Assembly: GCA_047718535.1 (NCBI GenBank)
Contig: JBDNRH010000010.1
Coordinates: forward strand, 2,851-66,850
Reading direction: 5' to 3'
Origin: Sporolactobacillus sp.
Lineage (GTDB): Bacteria > Bacillota > Bacilli > Bacillales > Sporolactobacillaceae
DNA length: 64,000 nucleotides
The notes beneath the pieces are model-generated. The model worked only from the letters and a program-made list of their open reading frames with translations, was not told where the DNA came from and did no database searches. Positions within the stretch are counted from its first letter, which is position 1, and every line of letters starts with the position of its first letter. The translations under genes were made by a program, and so were the position numbers. This document shows, one piece after another, positions 20,189-31,302 of the stretch.

Positions 20189-21618
20189 TTTACAGCCACC
20201 GTCCTTTCTACTGGCACATCGGCGAACATTTTCCCCGGATTCATAATATTATTAGGATCAACCGCCTGCTTGATGCCGCGCATCACTTCTAGGCCGCCCT
20301 CTCCTAACTTCCATTGCAGATAAGGAGCCTTCGTCGCACCGATGCCATGCTCTCCGGTCAGCGTCCCTCCAAGTTCAATCGCCTTTTCAAAAATTTCAGC
20401 GAATGCTTTCTCCACCCGCTCCATTTCTTCATGATTGCGCGCGTCGGTCAGACAGGTTGGATGTAAATTACCATCACCGGCGTGTCCAAACGTTGACATA
20501 CGCAGATCGTATTTCTTGGCAATATCGGCAATCGCGCGGACCATCTTAGCAATCTCAGAACGCGGCACTGTCGCATCTTCGAGAATAGTCGTCGGTTTCA
20601 GCCGAGCGAGCGCACTTAATGCCGTTCGCCGAGCCGTTGCCAAATTTTCCGCTTCTTCTTCTGATGCCGCTAGTTTAACATCCACGGCCTGCTGCTCACG
20701 GCAAATTTCGGCAATCCGTTTAATATCCCGTTCAACAATTTCTTCTGGACCATCTTGAACAATCAATAGAATTGCCTTCACATTTGTCGGCAATCCGATA
20801 TGAGAAAACCCTTCAACCGCTTTCAGCGTATCTTGATCAAGGAATTCCAATGTCGCCGGTATCATTTTATTGGCGATAATCGCAGAGACCGAGCGCCCAG
20901 CTGCCTCTAGATCTTGATAAAGCGCCAAAATTGTTTTCTGCGACTCTGGTTTCGGAATAAGCTTCAACGTCGCTTCTGTAATGACGCCAAGTGTCCCTTC
21001 CGATCCAACGAATAAACGCGTTAAGTCATAACCGGCCACATCCTTCGTCAATTTTCCTCCTGTACGAAAAAGTTGGCCATTTGGCAAAGCAATTTCAAGC
21101 GCCAGAACATAGTCCCGTGTCACACCATATTTCAATCCGTGCAGTCCACCTGAATTTTCACTGATATTTCCGCCAATGGTCGCTATCGCCATCGAACCCG
21201 GATCAGGTGGATAGAAAAGGCCTTCCGCTTCGACCCGATCACAAATTGCTTTCGTGATCACACCCGGCTGCACAGTTATTGTTAAATTTTCTTTGTCCAG
21301 TTCAAGAATTTTATTCATGCGTTTAAAGAGCAGCACAACACCTCCCTGCAGCGGACATGTATCCGCACACAGATTCGTGCCTGATCCTCGTGAATACACA
21401 GGCGTGCCGCTATCGTTACATAATTTAAGCACGGCAGCCACCTCATCGGCATTCGCCGGTGCAACGACCACATCCGGAAGCGACTGGAAATTGGGCGTCG
21501 CATCGTATGAATAGACGAGACGTCCGCTCGTCGAATCATCAATATTCTCTGCGCCGACTAACTCACTGAGCTGTTCCTTCAGCCTGTTTAACCGTTTCTT
21601 CTCCTTAGCTGAAAACAT
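20185..21618 (-). CDS. glcD: Glycolate oxidase FAD-linked subunit
   Basis: FAD-binding PCMH-type oxidase sequence. ATG 21618 follows GGGGGAGAAAC. Confidence 0.88.
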   Translation of the reverse strand: MFSAKEKKRLNRLKEQLSELVGAENIDDSTSGRLVYSYDATPNFQSLPDVVVAPANADEVAAVLKLCNDSGTPVYSRGSGTNLCADTCPLQGGVVLLFKRMNKILELDKENLTITVQPGVITKAICDRVEAEGLFYPPDPGSMAIATIGGNISENSGGLHGLKYGVTRDYVLALEIALPNGQLFRTGGKLTKDVAGYDLTRLFVGSEGTLGVITEATLKLIPKPESQKTILALYQDLEAAGRSVSAIIANKMIPATLEFLDQDTLKAVEGFSHIGLPTNVKAILLIVQDGPEEIVERDIKRIAEICREQQAVDVKLAASEEEAENLATARRTALSALARLKPTTILEDATVPRSEIAKMVRAIADIAKKYDLRMSTFGHAGDGNLHPTCLTDARNHEEMERVEKAFAEIFEKAIELGGTLTGEHGIGATKAPYLQWKLGEGGLEVMRGIKQAVDPNNIMNPGKMFADVPVERTVAVK

Positions 21619-21763
21619 AGTTTCTCCCCCAATCAATCGCTGAAAATCCAGATTATGTTCTCCTTTTCATTATAGGCATGCATGTATGATTAATCTATTG
21701 AAAGCCCTCGCAAAAGAGTCATTATTTAGAAATGATAGACTTTTATGTGCTCATTCAGTCGCA

Positions 21764-21795
21764 TTAAAAAAAGTGAGCTCAGCGCCCACTTTTTG
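21764..21795 (-). terminator. Terminator after copZ
   Basis: AAGTGGGC-loop-GCTCACTT (one mismatch) followed by T7 on the minus strand. Confidence 0.5.
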
Positions 21796-21818
21796 AAACG
21801 TATTAATTTTTCGACTGA

Positions 21819-22028
21819 TTAGCTCAATACATCATAGCCTTGATCCTCAACGGCGGTTTTCATTTGCTGAAAATCAACTTTACTCGCATCATAGCTGACG
21901 TCGACCTTACCGCTGTCTAAGTCAACCGATACTGAGGATACCCCATCGAGGCCATTCAATGCCCCGCTCACAGCCATTTTGCAATGCCCGCAGCTCATCC
22001 CTTTAACAAGCAATTGACGTTCTGCCAT
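21819..22028 (-). CDS. copZ: Copper chaperone
   Basis: 69 aa with the GMSCGHC heavy-metal-associated motif, downstream of copA. Confidence 0.92.
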   Translation of the reverse strand: MAERQLLVKGMSCGHCKMAVSGALNGLDGVSSVSVDLDSGKVDVSYDASKVDFQQMKTAVEDQGYDVLS

Positions 22029-22052
22029 TTTGTCTCACCTCCTTTAATTTAG

Positions 22053-24452
22053 TCATATTTTAATATGTTTCAAACGCAAGCTATTGGCGACAACTGACAC
22101 TGAACTGAAGGCCATTGCCATACCTGCCACCCAAGGGGCCAGTAACCCAAGCGCAGCCACAGGAATCCCTATTGCGTTATAGAAGAGCGCCCAGAATAGG
22201 TTCTGACGGATATTGCGCATTGTCTTGCGGCTTAAATCCAACGCTTGAACAATGTGATTCAAATCACCACCAACAAGCGTGATATCAGCCGCTTCAATGG
22301 CTACATCCGTGCCTGTGCCAATCGCCATGCCAATATCAGCAGCAGCCAGCGCCGGCGCATCATTGATACCATCACCGACCATCGCTACTTTGAACCCTTG
22401 GTGCTGCAGTTCCCGAACCTTCTCCACCTTCCCCTCAGGCATTAATTCAGCAAATACATGATCAATTCCGGCCTTTTTGGCAATGGCCTGCGCTGTTTTC
22501 TCGTTATCGCCCGTTATCATATACACACCGAGCCCAAGTCCTTTTAAACGGCTGATCGCTGTCTGAGAAGATTCTTTAATCGTGTCCGCAACAGCAATTA
22601 ATCCCTCTAACTGTCCATCAATACCGACAAAGATAATCGTTTTCCCGTAACTTTCCAATCGAATAGCTTCATCTAAAGATGGACGAACAGCGATGGTTTC
22701 ATCATTCATTAGCCGTCTTGAGCCAATGCAGATCCTTTTCCCGTCAACCTCAGCAATGATCCCGCTGCCCGTTAATGTTTCGAATTTCTGCGGCTGACGA
22801 ATCGGCCATTCCATCTCCGCTGCATAAGAAACAATTGCTTTTGCCAGTGGATGCTCGCTTTCATTCTCGGCTGAAGCAACGAGTGTCATCAGCTGCTCCT
22901 CACTGTTTTTGCCAAACAGGATCACATCTGTAACTTCGGGACGGCCATTGGTAATTGTTCCGGTCTTGTCAAAGAGAATCGATTGAATATCCTGAACACT
23001 TTCCAGATACTCGCCGCCCTTGAATAAAATACCAGATTCCGCTCCTTTGCCCGAGCCAACCATAATTGCGGTTGGCGTCGCCAGACCAAGCGCACATGGA
23101 CAGGCAATGACTAAAACGCTGATTGCGGCAGTCATCGCCGGAACAAATTCTCCTGGGCGGATGGCAAAGAGCCAAATGACAAAAACAAATAAGGCAAGAC
23201 CGACGACAATCGGCACGAATACACCGGATATACTGTCTGCCAGCCGCTGAATCGGCGCTTTGGAGCCTTGCGCTTCTTCAACAATGCGGACGATACCCGC
23301 AAGTGCAGTCTCATCGCCAACCTTTTCTGCGCGCATTAACAGCGTGCCGTTCGTATTAATCGTCGCACCAATCAGTTTATCCCCGCTTCGTCTCGTGACA
23401 GGCAATGATTCTCCAGTAATCATCGACTCGTCAATCGCTGCCTCGCCATTTAAAATAACACCATCCGTAGGGATCTTTTCACCAGGACGTACCTTCAGTC
23501 GATCACCTACATTCACCGCCGTAATCGCTATTTTATGTTCGCCGCCATTCTCATCAACGCGCGTCGCTTCTTTAGCACCTAGTTCGAGAAGCTCGCCAAT
23601 CGCGGCGGTTGTCCGTCTTTTCGCTCGTGATTCCATATATTTGCCAAGCAATACCAACGTAATTAGTACAGCGCTCGTTTCAAAATAAAGATTAGGAACG
23701 GCGACTCGCCCCGCTGCGTAACGGGCCACCTGAATCGCACTATAACCGTACGCAGCACTTGTCCCAAGCGCAACCAGTACATCCATATTGGCGCTTTTAT
23801 TGAGCAATGCTCGCGTACCCCCGCGATAGAACGGCCAGCCGATATAAAATTGCACAATGCTGGCTAAGCCCAGCTGAAACCATGGATTCATCAGCCACTG
23901 CGGCATCGGCAGCCCGGTTTGAAACGGTAGATGGAAGATCATTGTATAAAATAAAGGCAGCGACAGCAGGGCTGAAAGAAGCAAGCGCTGACGTTTCTTA
24001 GCCAATTCTGAGGTACCAGCATCCGGTTCCTGTTTGTCACGGAGTACGGCTCCATAACCAAGCTTCTCAATTTTATCGATAACCGCGCTGGCGTCAATCA
24101 TTCCCGGTTGAAAAAGGATCGTCCCTGTCTCCGTCGCAAGATTGACTTGCGATGATACAATGCCGTTCAGCCGTGAGAGTCCCTTCTCAATCCGCGCCGC
24201 GCAGGAGGCACAGGTCATGCCCTGAATCGCCAGTTCCAGCCGTTCTTGACGCACACCATAGCCAAGGCTTTCGATTCGTTTGGTAATTTGCTGCGGCGCA
24301 GTCTGATTATCTGCGACCGTGATTGAGGCCTTTTCCAGCGCTAGATTCACCGTTGCCTCCACACCATCCATTTTATTCAAAACCTTTTCAATCCTGTTCG
24401 AGCATGCCGCACAAGTCATGCCCGTTATTCCGATTTGCCATTCTTTTTTCAT
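22053..24452 (-). CDS. copA: Copper-translocating P1B-type ATPase
   Basis: Two N-terminal GMTCAxC domains, CPC motif (ACPCALG), DKTGT, GDGINDAP. ATG 24452 lies 8 nt after GGGGGA. Confidence 0.95.
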   Translation of the reverse strand: MKKEWQIGITGMTCAACSNRIEKVLNKMDGVEATVNLALEKASITVADNQTAPQQITKRIESLGYGVRQERLELAIQGMTCASCAARIEKGLSRLNGIVSSQVNLATETGTILFQPGMIDASAVIDKIEKLGYGAVLRDKQEPDAGTSELAKKRQRLLLSALLSLPLFYTMIFHLPFQTGLPMPQWLMNPWFQLGLASIVQFYIGWPFYRGGTRALLNKSANMDVLVALGTSAAYGYSAIQVARYAAGRVAVPNLYFETSAVLITLVLLGKYMESRAKRRTTAAIGELLELGAKEATRVDENGGEHKIAITAVNVGDRLKVRPGEKIPTDGVILNGEAAIDESMITGESLPVTRRSGDKLIGATINTNGTLLMRAEKVGDETALAGIVRIVEEAQGSKAPIQRLADSISGVFVPIVVGLALFVFVIWLFAIRPGEFVPAMTAAISVLVIACPCALGLATPTAIMVGSGKGAESGILFKGGEYLESVQDIQSILFDKTGTITNGRPEVTDVILFGKNSEEQLMTLVASAENESEHPLAKAIVSYAAEMEWPIRQPQKFETLTGSGIIAEVDGKRICIGSRRLMNDETIAVRPSLDEAIRLESYGKTIIFVGIDGQLEGLIAVADTIKESSQTAISRLKGLGLGVYMITGDNEKTAQAIAKKAGIDHVFAELMPEGKVEKVRELQHQGFKVAMVGDGINDAPALAAADIGMAIGTGTDVAIEAADITLVGGDLNHIVQALDLSRKTMRNIRQNLFWALFYNAIGIPVAALGLLAPWVAGMAMAFSSVSVVANSLRLKHIKI

Positions 24453-24511
24453 CAGCGTCATCCCCCTTTAATCGCTGAAAACCATGCGGTCAGCGGTTGT
24501 GCTGATACCTC

Positions 24512-24865
24512 TTATTTATAAAATTGCTTGAGTACAGCAATCAATTCATTCACCGAGTCTGTTCCATTACCCTCTTCAATTGCGCGTGTCACACAGGACT
24601 TCGTATGCCGTTCAAGCACAGAAAAGCCAATTTTTTGAAGCGCTGCCTGTGCGGCTGATAGTTGAATTAATACATCAATACAGTAACGATCCGATTCAAT
24701 CATCTGCTGCAAGCCACGCACTTGACCCTCAACACGTTTCAAACGATTGATAATCCTCTTTTTCTCTTCAGCCGTGCGCGGTTCAGCTGGTTTCTTAAGC
24801 AAGTCTTCCCCATTGCAGCAATCGCTTGCTCTGTCACCACATAGACAATGATCTTCACTTTCCAT
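24512..24865 (-). CDS. csoR: Copper-sensing repressor CsoR with a Cys-rich N-terminal extension
   Basis: Core RLKRVEGQVRGLQQMIESDRYCIDVLIQLSA..AAL matches CsoR. ATG 24865 lies 10 nt after GGGAGG. The ORF is open to 24883. Confidence 0.88.
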   Translation of the reverse strand: MESEDHCLCGDRASDCCNGEDLLKKPAEPRTAEEKKRIINRLKRVEGQVRGLQQMIESDRYCIDVLIQLSAAQAALQKIGFSVLERHTKSCVTRAIEEGNGTDSVNELIAVLKQFYK

Positions 24866-24893
24866 CAATTGATCGCCTCCCAACGCTTTCTAT

Positions 24894-24912
24894 TATACCC
24901 TCAGGGGGTATA
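24894..24912. promoter_or_regulatory. CsoR operator (GC-rich pseudo-palindrome)
   Basis: TATACCCTCAGGGGGTATA is close to the B. subtilis copZA operator core TACCCTACGGGGGTA. It lies ~30 nt upstream of csoR. Confidence 0.7.
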
Positions 24913-25093
24913 AAAAACAAATCATTTGATTGTTAGCCATAAAAGACTTGTCCAAACGCCAGAGGCAATGTTTACCCGCTGACACCCGTTATTCAGTGGT
25001 CGATTCAGTCATTCGGTAAGGATCAAGCAATTTGTCTAATATGGGAAGCAAATTTCTCTTAGCATAATTCCTCGCGTGTAAATTCAACAGTAT

Positions 25094-25136
25094 AGAAAAA
25101 AAGCCAAACGTCTTAATCTTGCAGACGCCTGGCTTT
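25094..25136 (-). terminator. Terminator after glpD
   Basis: Minus strand reads AAGCCAGGCGTCT...AGACGTTTGGCTT followed by T6. Confidence 0.7.
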
Positions 25137-25145
25137 ATCTAAGCA

Positions 25146-26831
25146 TTATTTACTTGCCGTAATTAGTTCGGCGTCTATGCCTGTCGCATCGAAAAAAGCG
25201 CTCCGCAGCTCATCCGCGTAAGCCTGCTTTCGTTCGGCTGTCCAAGCAAAGACATCGGACAGATAATGAAGAACTGCGGACGCTTGAGCTTTGGCTTCAT
25301 CAATTGCAAATAATGTCATTGAACTGCGTCGTGTAAAGTAGTCCACAGGAGAAACCACCATTTCATCGCTGACTCCGTATTGTACAGCAGCAAACTGCGC
25401 AGGCGTGAGCTGATAATAACTCGCCTCCTTGTGGTTGGAGCGGCAATAGGCAAATAGTTTGGATACATTCGTACCGTAGCGGGACGCAAGTGTGACCGCT
25501 TCTTCTTCACTGAGCCCGGATGCTACCCCCTCTTTGACGGCTGTCTGCAAAAAATCAGGATAATTCATGGAACCCCCGACATGACCGCCTGATAACTCAA
25601 GATGTTTTGTCTGACACGGCGGAATCGATGCGCCCGTTTGCTTTTCCAGTGCATCTGCGACCACATCCACCACACGCTCCGCCATTTTCCGATAACCGGT
25701 CAGCTTGCCACCGGCAATAGAGATCAAGCCTGACGGGGCAACAAAAATTTCATCCTTTCTAGATATTTCTGAGGGCGATTTCCCTTCCTCCTGAATTAGA
25801 GGGCGCACACCCGCCCAGCTTGATTCGACATCATCCGCGGTTAATTTAACTGAAGGGAACATGCCGTTAATTGCATCAAGTATATAGGCTTTATCCTGTT
25901 CTGTCGGTTTAGGATCAATCGGCCAATCGGAGTAGGTCGTATCGGTCGTACCTGCATAGACCTTCCCTTGCCGCGGGATCACAAACAGCATTCGTTTGTC
26001 GCCATTTGTCGTATCAAAATAAACCGACTGTTTCATTGGAAATCGTGCACCGTCAATGACAAGATGCACGCCTTTGGTCAGATGCAAATGCTTACCCACA
26101 TTGGAATGATCCTGCGTGCGAATCTGATCAACCCACGGTCCGGCTGCGTTAACAATTTTCCGCGCGCTGATCGTATACTCGTGACTGGTCAGCTGATCGA
26201 CAAGCCGCACGCCAGTCAGCTGTTTGCTAGAATCATAGAGTAACTGCTCTACTTTGACATAATTGACGGCCAGCGCACCACGCGCAGCGGCCTCTTTAAT
26301 CACTTCAATGGTCAGCCGCGCATCATCGGTCCGATATTCGACATAATAGCCGCTGCCTTTTAGTCCGTCCTGCTTCAATAGCGGTTCTTTATCGAGCGTC
26401 TGTTTGCGGCTGAGCATGACTCGCCGTTCACTGCGGACAACACCCGCAAGAAAATCATAAACTTTCAGGCCTATTGAGGTAGAAAAGCGGCCAAATGTAC
26501 CGCCCGTATAAATGGGCAGCATCATCTTCTCCGGAGTCGTCACATGCGGGGCGTTCTCATAAACGATTGCCCGTTCTTTCCCCACTTCCGCGACCACCTT
26601 CACTTCAAATTGTTTTAAATAACGCAGCCCTCCGTGAACAAGTTTCGTTGAACGGCTGGACGTACCGCCAGCGAAGTCCTGCATATCGGCGAGTCCGACA
26701 CGCAGGCCGCGTGCAACGGCATCCAAGGCGATACCTGCTCCGGTAATTCCTCCGCCAATGACAAACAAATCGAGTGGCTCTTTTTCCATGTTCTCAAGTG
26801 TCTCTGTGCGTGACTGCCAATTATCGTTCAT
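25146..26831 (-). CDS. glpD: Aerobic glycerol-3-phosphate dehydrogenase
   Basis: FAD fold DLFVIGGGITGAGIALD and GlpD-like sequence throughout. ATG 26831 follows AAGGGGGA. Confidence 0.93.
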   Translation of the reverse strand: MNDNWQSRTETLENMEKEPLDLFVIGGGITGAGIALDAVARGLRVGLADMQDFAGGTSSRSTKLVHGGLRYLKQFEVKVVAEVGKERAIVYENAPHVTTPEKMMLPIYTGGTFGRFSTSIGLKVYDFLAGVVRSERRVMLSRKQTLDKEPLLKQDGLKGSGYYVEYRTDDARLTIEVIKEAAARGALAVNYVKVEQLLYDSSKQLTGVRLVDQLTSHEYTISARKIVNAAGPWVDQIRTQDHSNVGKHLHLTKGVHLVIDGARFPMKQSVYFDTTNGDKRMLFVIPRQGKVYAGTTDTTYSDWPIDPKPTEQDKAYILDAINGMFPSVKLTADDVESSWAGVRPLIQEEGKSPSEISRKDEIFVAPSGLISIAGGKLTGYRKMAERVVDVVADALEKQTGASIPPCQTKHLELSGGHVGGSMNYPDFLQTAVKEGVASGLSEEEAVTLASRYGTNVSKLFAYCRSNHKEASYYQLTPAQFAAVQYGVSDEMVVSPVDYFTRRSSMTLFAIDEAKAQASAVLHYLSDVFAWTAERKQAYADELRSAFFDATGIDAELITASK

Positions 26832-26880
26832 TCGATTGTCCCCCTTCATCTCTCAAATTCCACAGATCGTATTCAAATTA

Positions 26881-26945
26881 GAAAAAACCGCAGACAGACT
26901 GTGCGGACAGCCTGCAAAATAATCACAGACAGCCGCATCTGACTA
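26881..26945 (-). terminator. glpD leader terminator with an alternative upstream pairing (GlpP-type antitermination target)
   Basis: Minus strand reads CCGCA-CAGTCTGTC-TGCGG plus TTTTTT. An upstream TGCGG can pair with the same CCGCA arm. B. subtilis glpD is controlled by GlpP antitermination. Confidence 0.6.
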
Positions 26946-26995
26946 GCGGTTCCTCATCCTCTACCAATTTATGAACTTGTTATAATACGCTTTCA

Positions 26996-28549
<1,554 letters not shown>

Positions 28550-28556
28550 TTACACA

Positions 28557-29393
28557 TCACGCGGTTATTTTGCTTGTCGCACTCAGATCGTCAGTCTTTG
28601 AAAGATGATAACTGCCTCTTATAGCCATGGCAATGACCAGGCAAATAATTGCCGCGAAAATCCAGAATACCGCAGTGAGATGATTCATGAAAAAGGCCTG
28701 GTAAAAGCAGGCTCCAAAAACACCACCGATAATCGGCCCCGCAACGGGAATCCAAGCATACTGCCAATTGGAACCACCCTTACCGGCAATTGGAAGCAGC
28801 GCATGGGCAAGACGCGGGGCAAAATCGCGGGCTGGATTAATCGCGTAACCGGTCGTTCCGCCAAGCGACATGCCAATTACAACAATCAACAATCCGACAA
28901 TCAGCGGATTGAGACCAAAGGCGAATTTATTTGCGCCAATTGCCAAAATACCGAGCACGAGCACAAAAGTACCAATAATTTCACTAAGCAGATTGGCTGC
29001 CCGTGATCGAATGGCCGGTCCTGTGCAGAAAACACCTAATTTTGCGGCTGGGTCGTCTGTTGCTTTCCAATGCGGCAAATAATGTAAATAAACCACACAG
29101 GCGCCAAGGAAACCGCCAATCAATTGTCCCGCCAGATAGGCTGGCACCTTCGCCCACGGAAAGTCCCCTATCGCTGCTAGACCGAGTGTCAGCGCCGGAT
29201 TCAGATGAGCCCCGCTGAACCGGCCCACCGCATACGCACCGGTCGCAACAGCAAGCCCCCACCCGAACGTGATCACAATCCAACCGGCGCCCTTGGCATA
29301 GGACTTGGACAGGTTGACACCGGCGCACACGCCATCTCCAAGTATGATCAAAATCATTGTGCCAATTAATTCACCCATAAATCCCGACATCAT
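28557..29393 (-). CDS. glpF: Glycerol uptake facilitator (aquaglyceroporin)
   Basis: Two NPA motifs (HLNPALT, INPARD). Start at the ATGATG pair 29393/29390 after GAGGAGGGG. The ORF is open to 29519. Confidence 0.9.
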   Translation of the reverse strand: MMSGFMGELIGTMILIILGDGVCAGVNLSKSYAKGAGWIVITFGWGLAVATGAYAVGRFSGAHLNPALTLGLAAIGDFPWAKVPAYLAGQLIGGFLGACVVYLHYLPHWKATDDPAAKLGVFCTGPAIRSRAANLLSEIIGTFVLVLGILAIGANKFAFGLNPLIVGLLIVVIGMSLGGTTGYAINPARDFAPRLAHALLPIAGKGGSNWQYAWIPVAGPIIGGVFGACFYQAFFMNHLTAVFWIFAAIICLVIAMAIRGSYHLSKTDDLSATSKITA

Positions 29394-29446
29394 AACCCCT
29401 CCTCGTTTCAAAAAAAATTCATGCGTATTGCTTCCTCTGCAAACAA

Positions 29447-29512
29447 GCAAAAAAGTCCACAACAAGGATGCTGCCGCACTCCATAATCGGAATGCCAACA
29501 CCTGCCGTGGAC
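29447..29512 (-). terminator. glpFK leader terminator (candidate GlpP-controlled)
   Basis: Minus strand reads GTCCACGGCAGG...CCTTGTTGTGGAC followed by TTTTTT, between the promoter and the glpF RBS. Confidence 0.5.
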
Positions 29513-29557
29513 GATTCACTCTCCCTATCCGTGGTAGTACATTAACTTGACTTCCCT

Positions 29558-29586
29558 ATCATAAACAATAATGTAAGCGCTGTCAA
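29558..29586 (-). promoter_or_regulatory. SigA-type promoter of glpFK
   Basis: TTGACA - 17 nt - TATGAT on the minus strand. Confidence 0.55.
29572..29585 (-). promoter_or_regulatory. Candidate CcpA cre site overlapping the glpFK promoter
   Basis: TGACAGCGCTTACA matches TGWAANCGNTNWCA at 13 of 14 positions. Confidence 0.55.
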
Positions 29587-29670
29587 TAATATGTCACAAA
29601 GAAATAATAATTTGTTCAAATTTATAACTTGAGAAATAAACTTTAGCGGCATACAGGACCTATTTTGCCC

Positions 29671-30237
29671 TCAGCGATTTGTAACTGACCACAGCTCCTG
29701 ATGCGACGTTGATATAGCGCTCGCACCTGCGTTCAGAGCTGCCTTCACTTCTTCCTGCTGATGAATCAATCCACCGGCAATGACTGGAACTTTGACATCG
29801 GCGGCAACTTGGCGAATCATCTGCGGAATAATGCCTGGAAGAATTTCGACCATATCCGGATGTACTTGTTGGAGCAGACGATAACCAGTCTCTATTGAGC
29901 GCGAATCCAGAAGAAAAAGACGTTGTACAGTCTTCAGCCCGCGCTTCTTCGCCACCTCAAGCATTTGACTGCGTGTTGAAATTAAGCCAAACGGCCGCAA
30001 GTTCTGACAAATATACTCAGCTGCTGGAAGATCGCTTTTCAATCCTTGAATCAAATCCGCGTGCAAAAATATTTTTTTCCCTCTTTCCTTTCCCATTTTA
30101 ATCATCGGTCCAACAAGAGATAAATGACTGTCTAAAATAATTAGATGTTGATAAGGCAATTTAAGAACCTTTTCAAAGCTGCGCATATTATTAATAGCTG
30201 GCAATACAAATTGACCATCAAAGGGCATTTTCCTCAT
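29671..30237 (-). CDS. glpP: Glycerol uptake operon antiterminator
   Basis: 188-aa GlpP-family sequence in the position upstream of glpFK, as in B. subtilis. Confidence 0.88.
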   Translation of the reverse strand: MRKMPFDGQFVLPAINNMRSFEKVLKLPYQHLIILDSHLSLVGPMIKMGKERGKKIFLHADLIQGLKSDLPAAEYICQNLRPFGLISTRSQMLEVAKKRGLKTVQRLFLLDSRSIETGYRLLQQVHPDMVEILPGIIPQMIRQVAADVKVPVIAGGLIHQQEEVKAALNAGASAISTSHQELWSVTNR

Positions 30238-30288
30238 CCTTTGCGTATGTTTTCACTCTTTACCTCTATTTTACATAGATAGCCAGTT

Positions 30289-30322
30289 AAAAGCATATCA
30301 TGACTCGCCATGATATGCTTTT
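30289..30322. terminator. Perfect 14-bp hairpin, bidirectional terminator-like
   Basis: AAAAGCATATCATG-ACTCGC-CATGATATGCTTTT. Confidence 0.5.
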
Positions 30323-30336
30323 ATCTTTCCACGCAG

Positions 30337-30360
30337 AAAAAAGAGTGCAGTACGCACTCC
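30337..30360 (-). terminator. Rho-independent terminator ending the ORF-free structured tract
   Basis: Minus strand reads GAGTGC-GTACT-GCACTC followed by TTTTTT. Confidence 0.65.
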
Positions 30361-30600
30361 TTTCCCGTCCCTTTTCCAATTCTCTACCCCATGTACACCC
30401 TCAATACTGGACGCGTGTCACTCGCCTTTCTTCTGCCTGCAGTCCTCCCTGTTACGGCGGCCGATTCCTGGATGGTCAGCGCCACTTGTTCTCTATCGCG
30501 CGAGCCTCTTAACATGACGTTCTAACCGCTTGTCGAGGCTAGATTACCAAGCTTCTAACCATCCATTCGTCTCAGCCGCCTCATTGCTTTCTTTTCCCCG
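30337..30600 (-). ncRNA. Candidate structured RNA of unknown class (sRNA or 3'-UTR/leader element)
   Basis: ~260 nt without a credible ORF. Long-range helices: GGCGGC (30575-80) with GCCGCC (30446-52), AUGGAUGG (30559-66) with CCAUCC (30460-65), AGCCUC/GAGGCU hairpin (30502-40). It has its own terminator and a weak upstream promoter-like TTGTCT-18-TATGCT (30608-30637). Confidence 0.3.
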
Positions 30601-30729
30601 CACACTCAGCATAGCTTAGATGATTTGTTTCAGACAACTTGCTTTTTTGCAGAAAAAGTTTCATTTTCAGCCCATTTTTCAGCCACGCCGCGAGTTATGC
30701 AATCAAAAATCAGTTGAAAATTGATTTTA

Positions 30730-31302
30730 CTATTCATTTTCACTTTTTATTATGTTTTTCACAGAATCACTGATCAGCTGAGCCAATAGATTATAACCGC
30801 TGTCACTTAAATGCAGCCCGTCCGCCTGCAGCAGCCGACTCCGATCAGGCTGCGCAGCCATTATTTGATGGAAATCAACGAACGGCGCATGCAATCGAGT
30901 GGCAACTTGGCGCACGACTGACGCGTACTCAGTGATTATGGTATTCTTTCGCTTCCCTATCTGCAACCGTTCAATAACAGGCGGAGGTGTGATCAGCAAA
31001 AAAGGAATGGGTGCCAGCCTTTCGCCGATTGTCAATAAATTCTCTTCAAATTCACGGATCGGAATACCCTTGTGAAACGATGCGTCATTCGATCCGAAAA
31101 GAATCGTGACGGCATCTTTATTCGGCTGCATGACATCGCTATCAAATCGCTGCAATGCCTGACGCGTCGTCTCTCCCGGCACGCCGGCGTTAATGACAGC
31201 GCATCGGAGCAATTTTTCCAGCCGTTCAGTCAGCTTCCTCGTTTCTTTCTGGCCGTCCCAACCCGCGGTCAGACTGTCACCAAAACATATGATTTGCCGC
31301 AA
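30730..31302 (-). CDS. SGNH/GDSL-family hydrolase
   Basis: Block I ICFGDSLTAG and block V DGLHLS motifs. Confidence 0.8.
   Translation of the reverse strand: MRQIICFGDSLTAGWDGQKETRKLTERLEKLLRCAVINAGVPGETTRQALQRFDSDVMQPNKDAVTILFGSNDASFHKGIPIREFEENLLTIGERLAPIPFLLITPPPVIERLQIGKRKNTIITEYASVVRQVATRLHAPFVDFHQIMAAQPDRSRLLQADGLHLSDSGYNLLAQLISDSVKNIIKSENE

Noticed and set aside
21630-24490. Shared 12-mer TTTTCAGCGATT just upstream of the RBS of both glcD (about 21636-21650) and copA (about 24465-24480)
   Set aside because: A single 12-nt match is expected many times by chance in 64 kb on two strands, and there is no extended similarity around it.
30300-30525. Two overlapping ~70-aa plus-strand ORFs in the glpP upstream region
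   Set aside because: They have no RBS and a Pro/Ser/Leu-rich composition with no family resemblance. They point into the convergent GDSL gene. The region is better explained as RNA structure on the minus strand.
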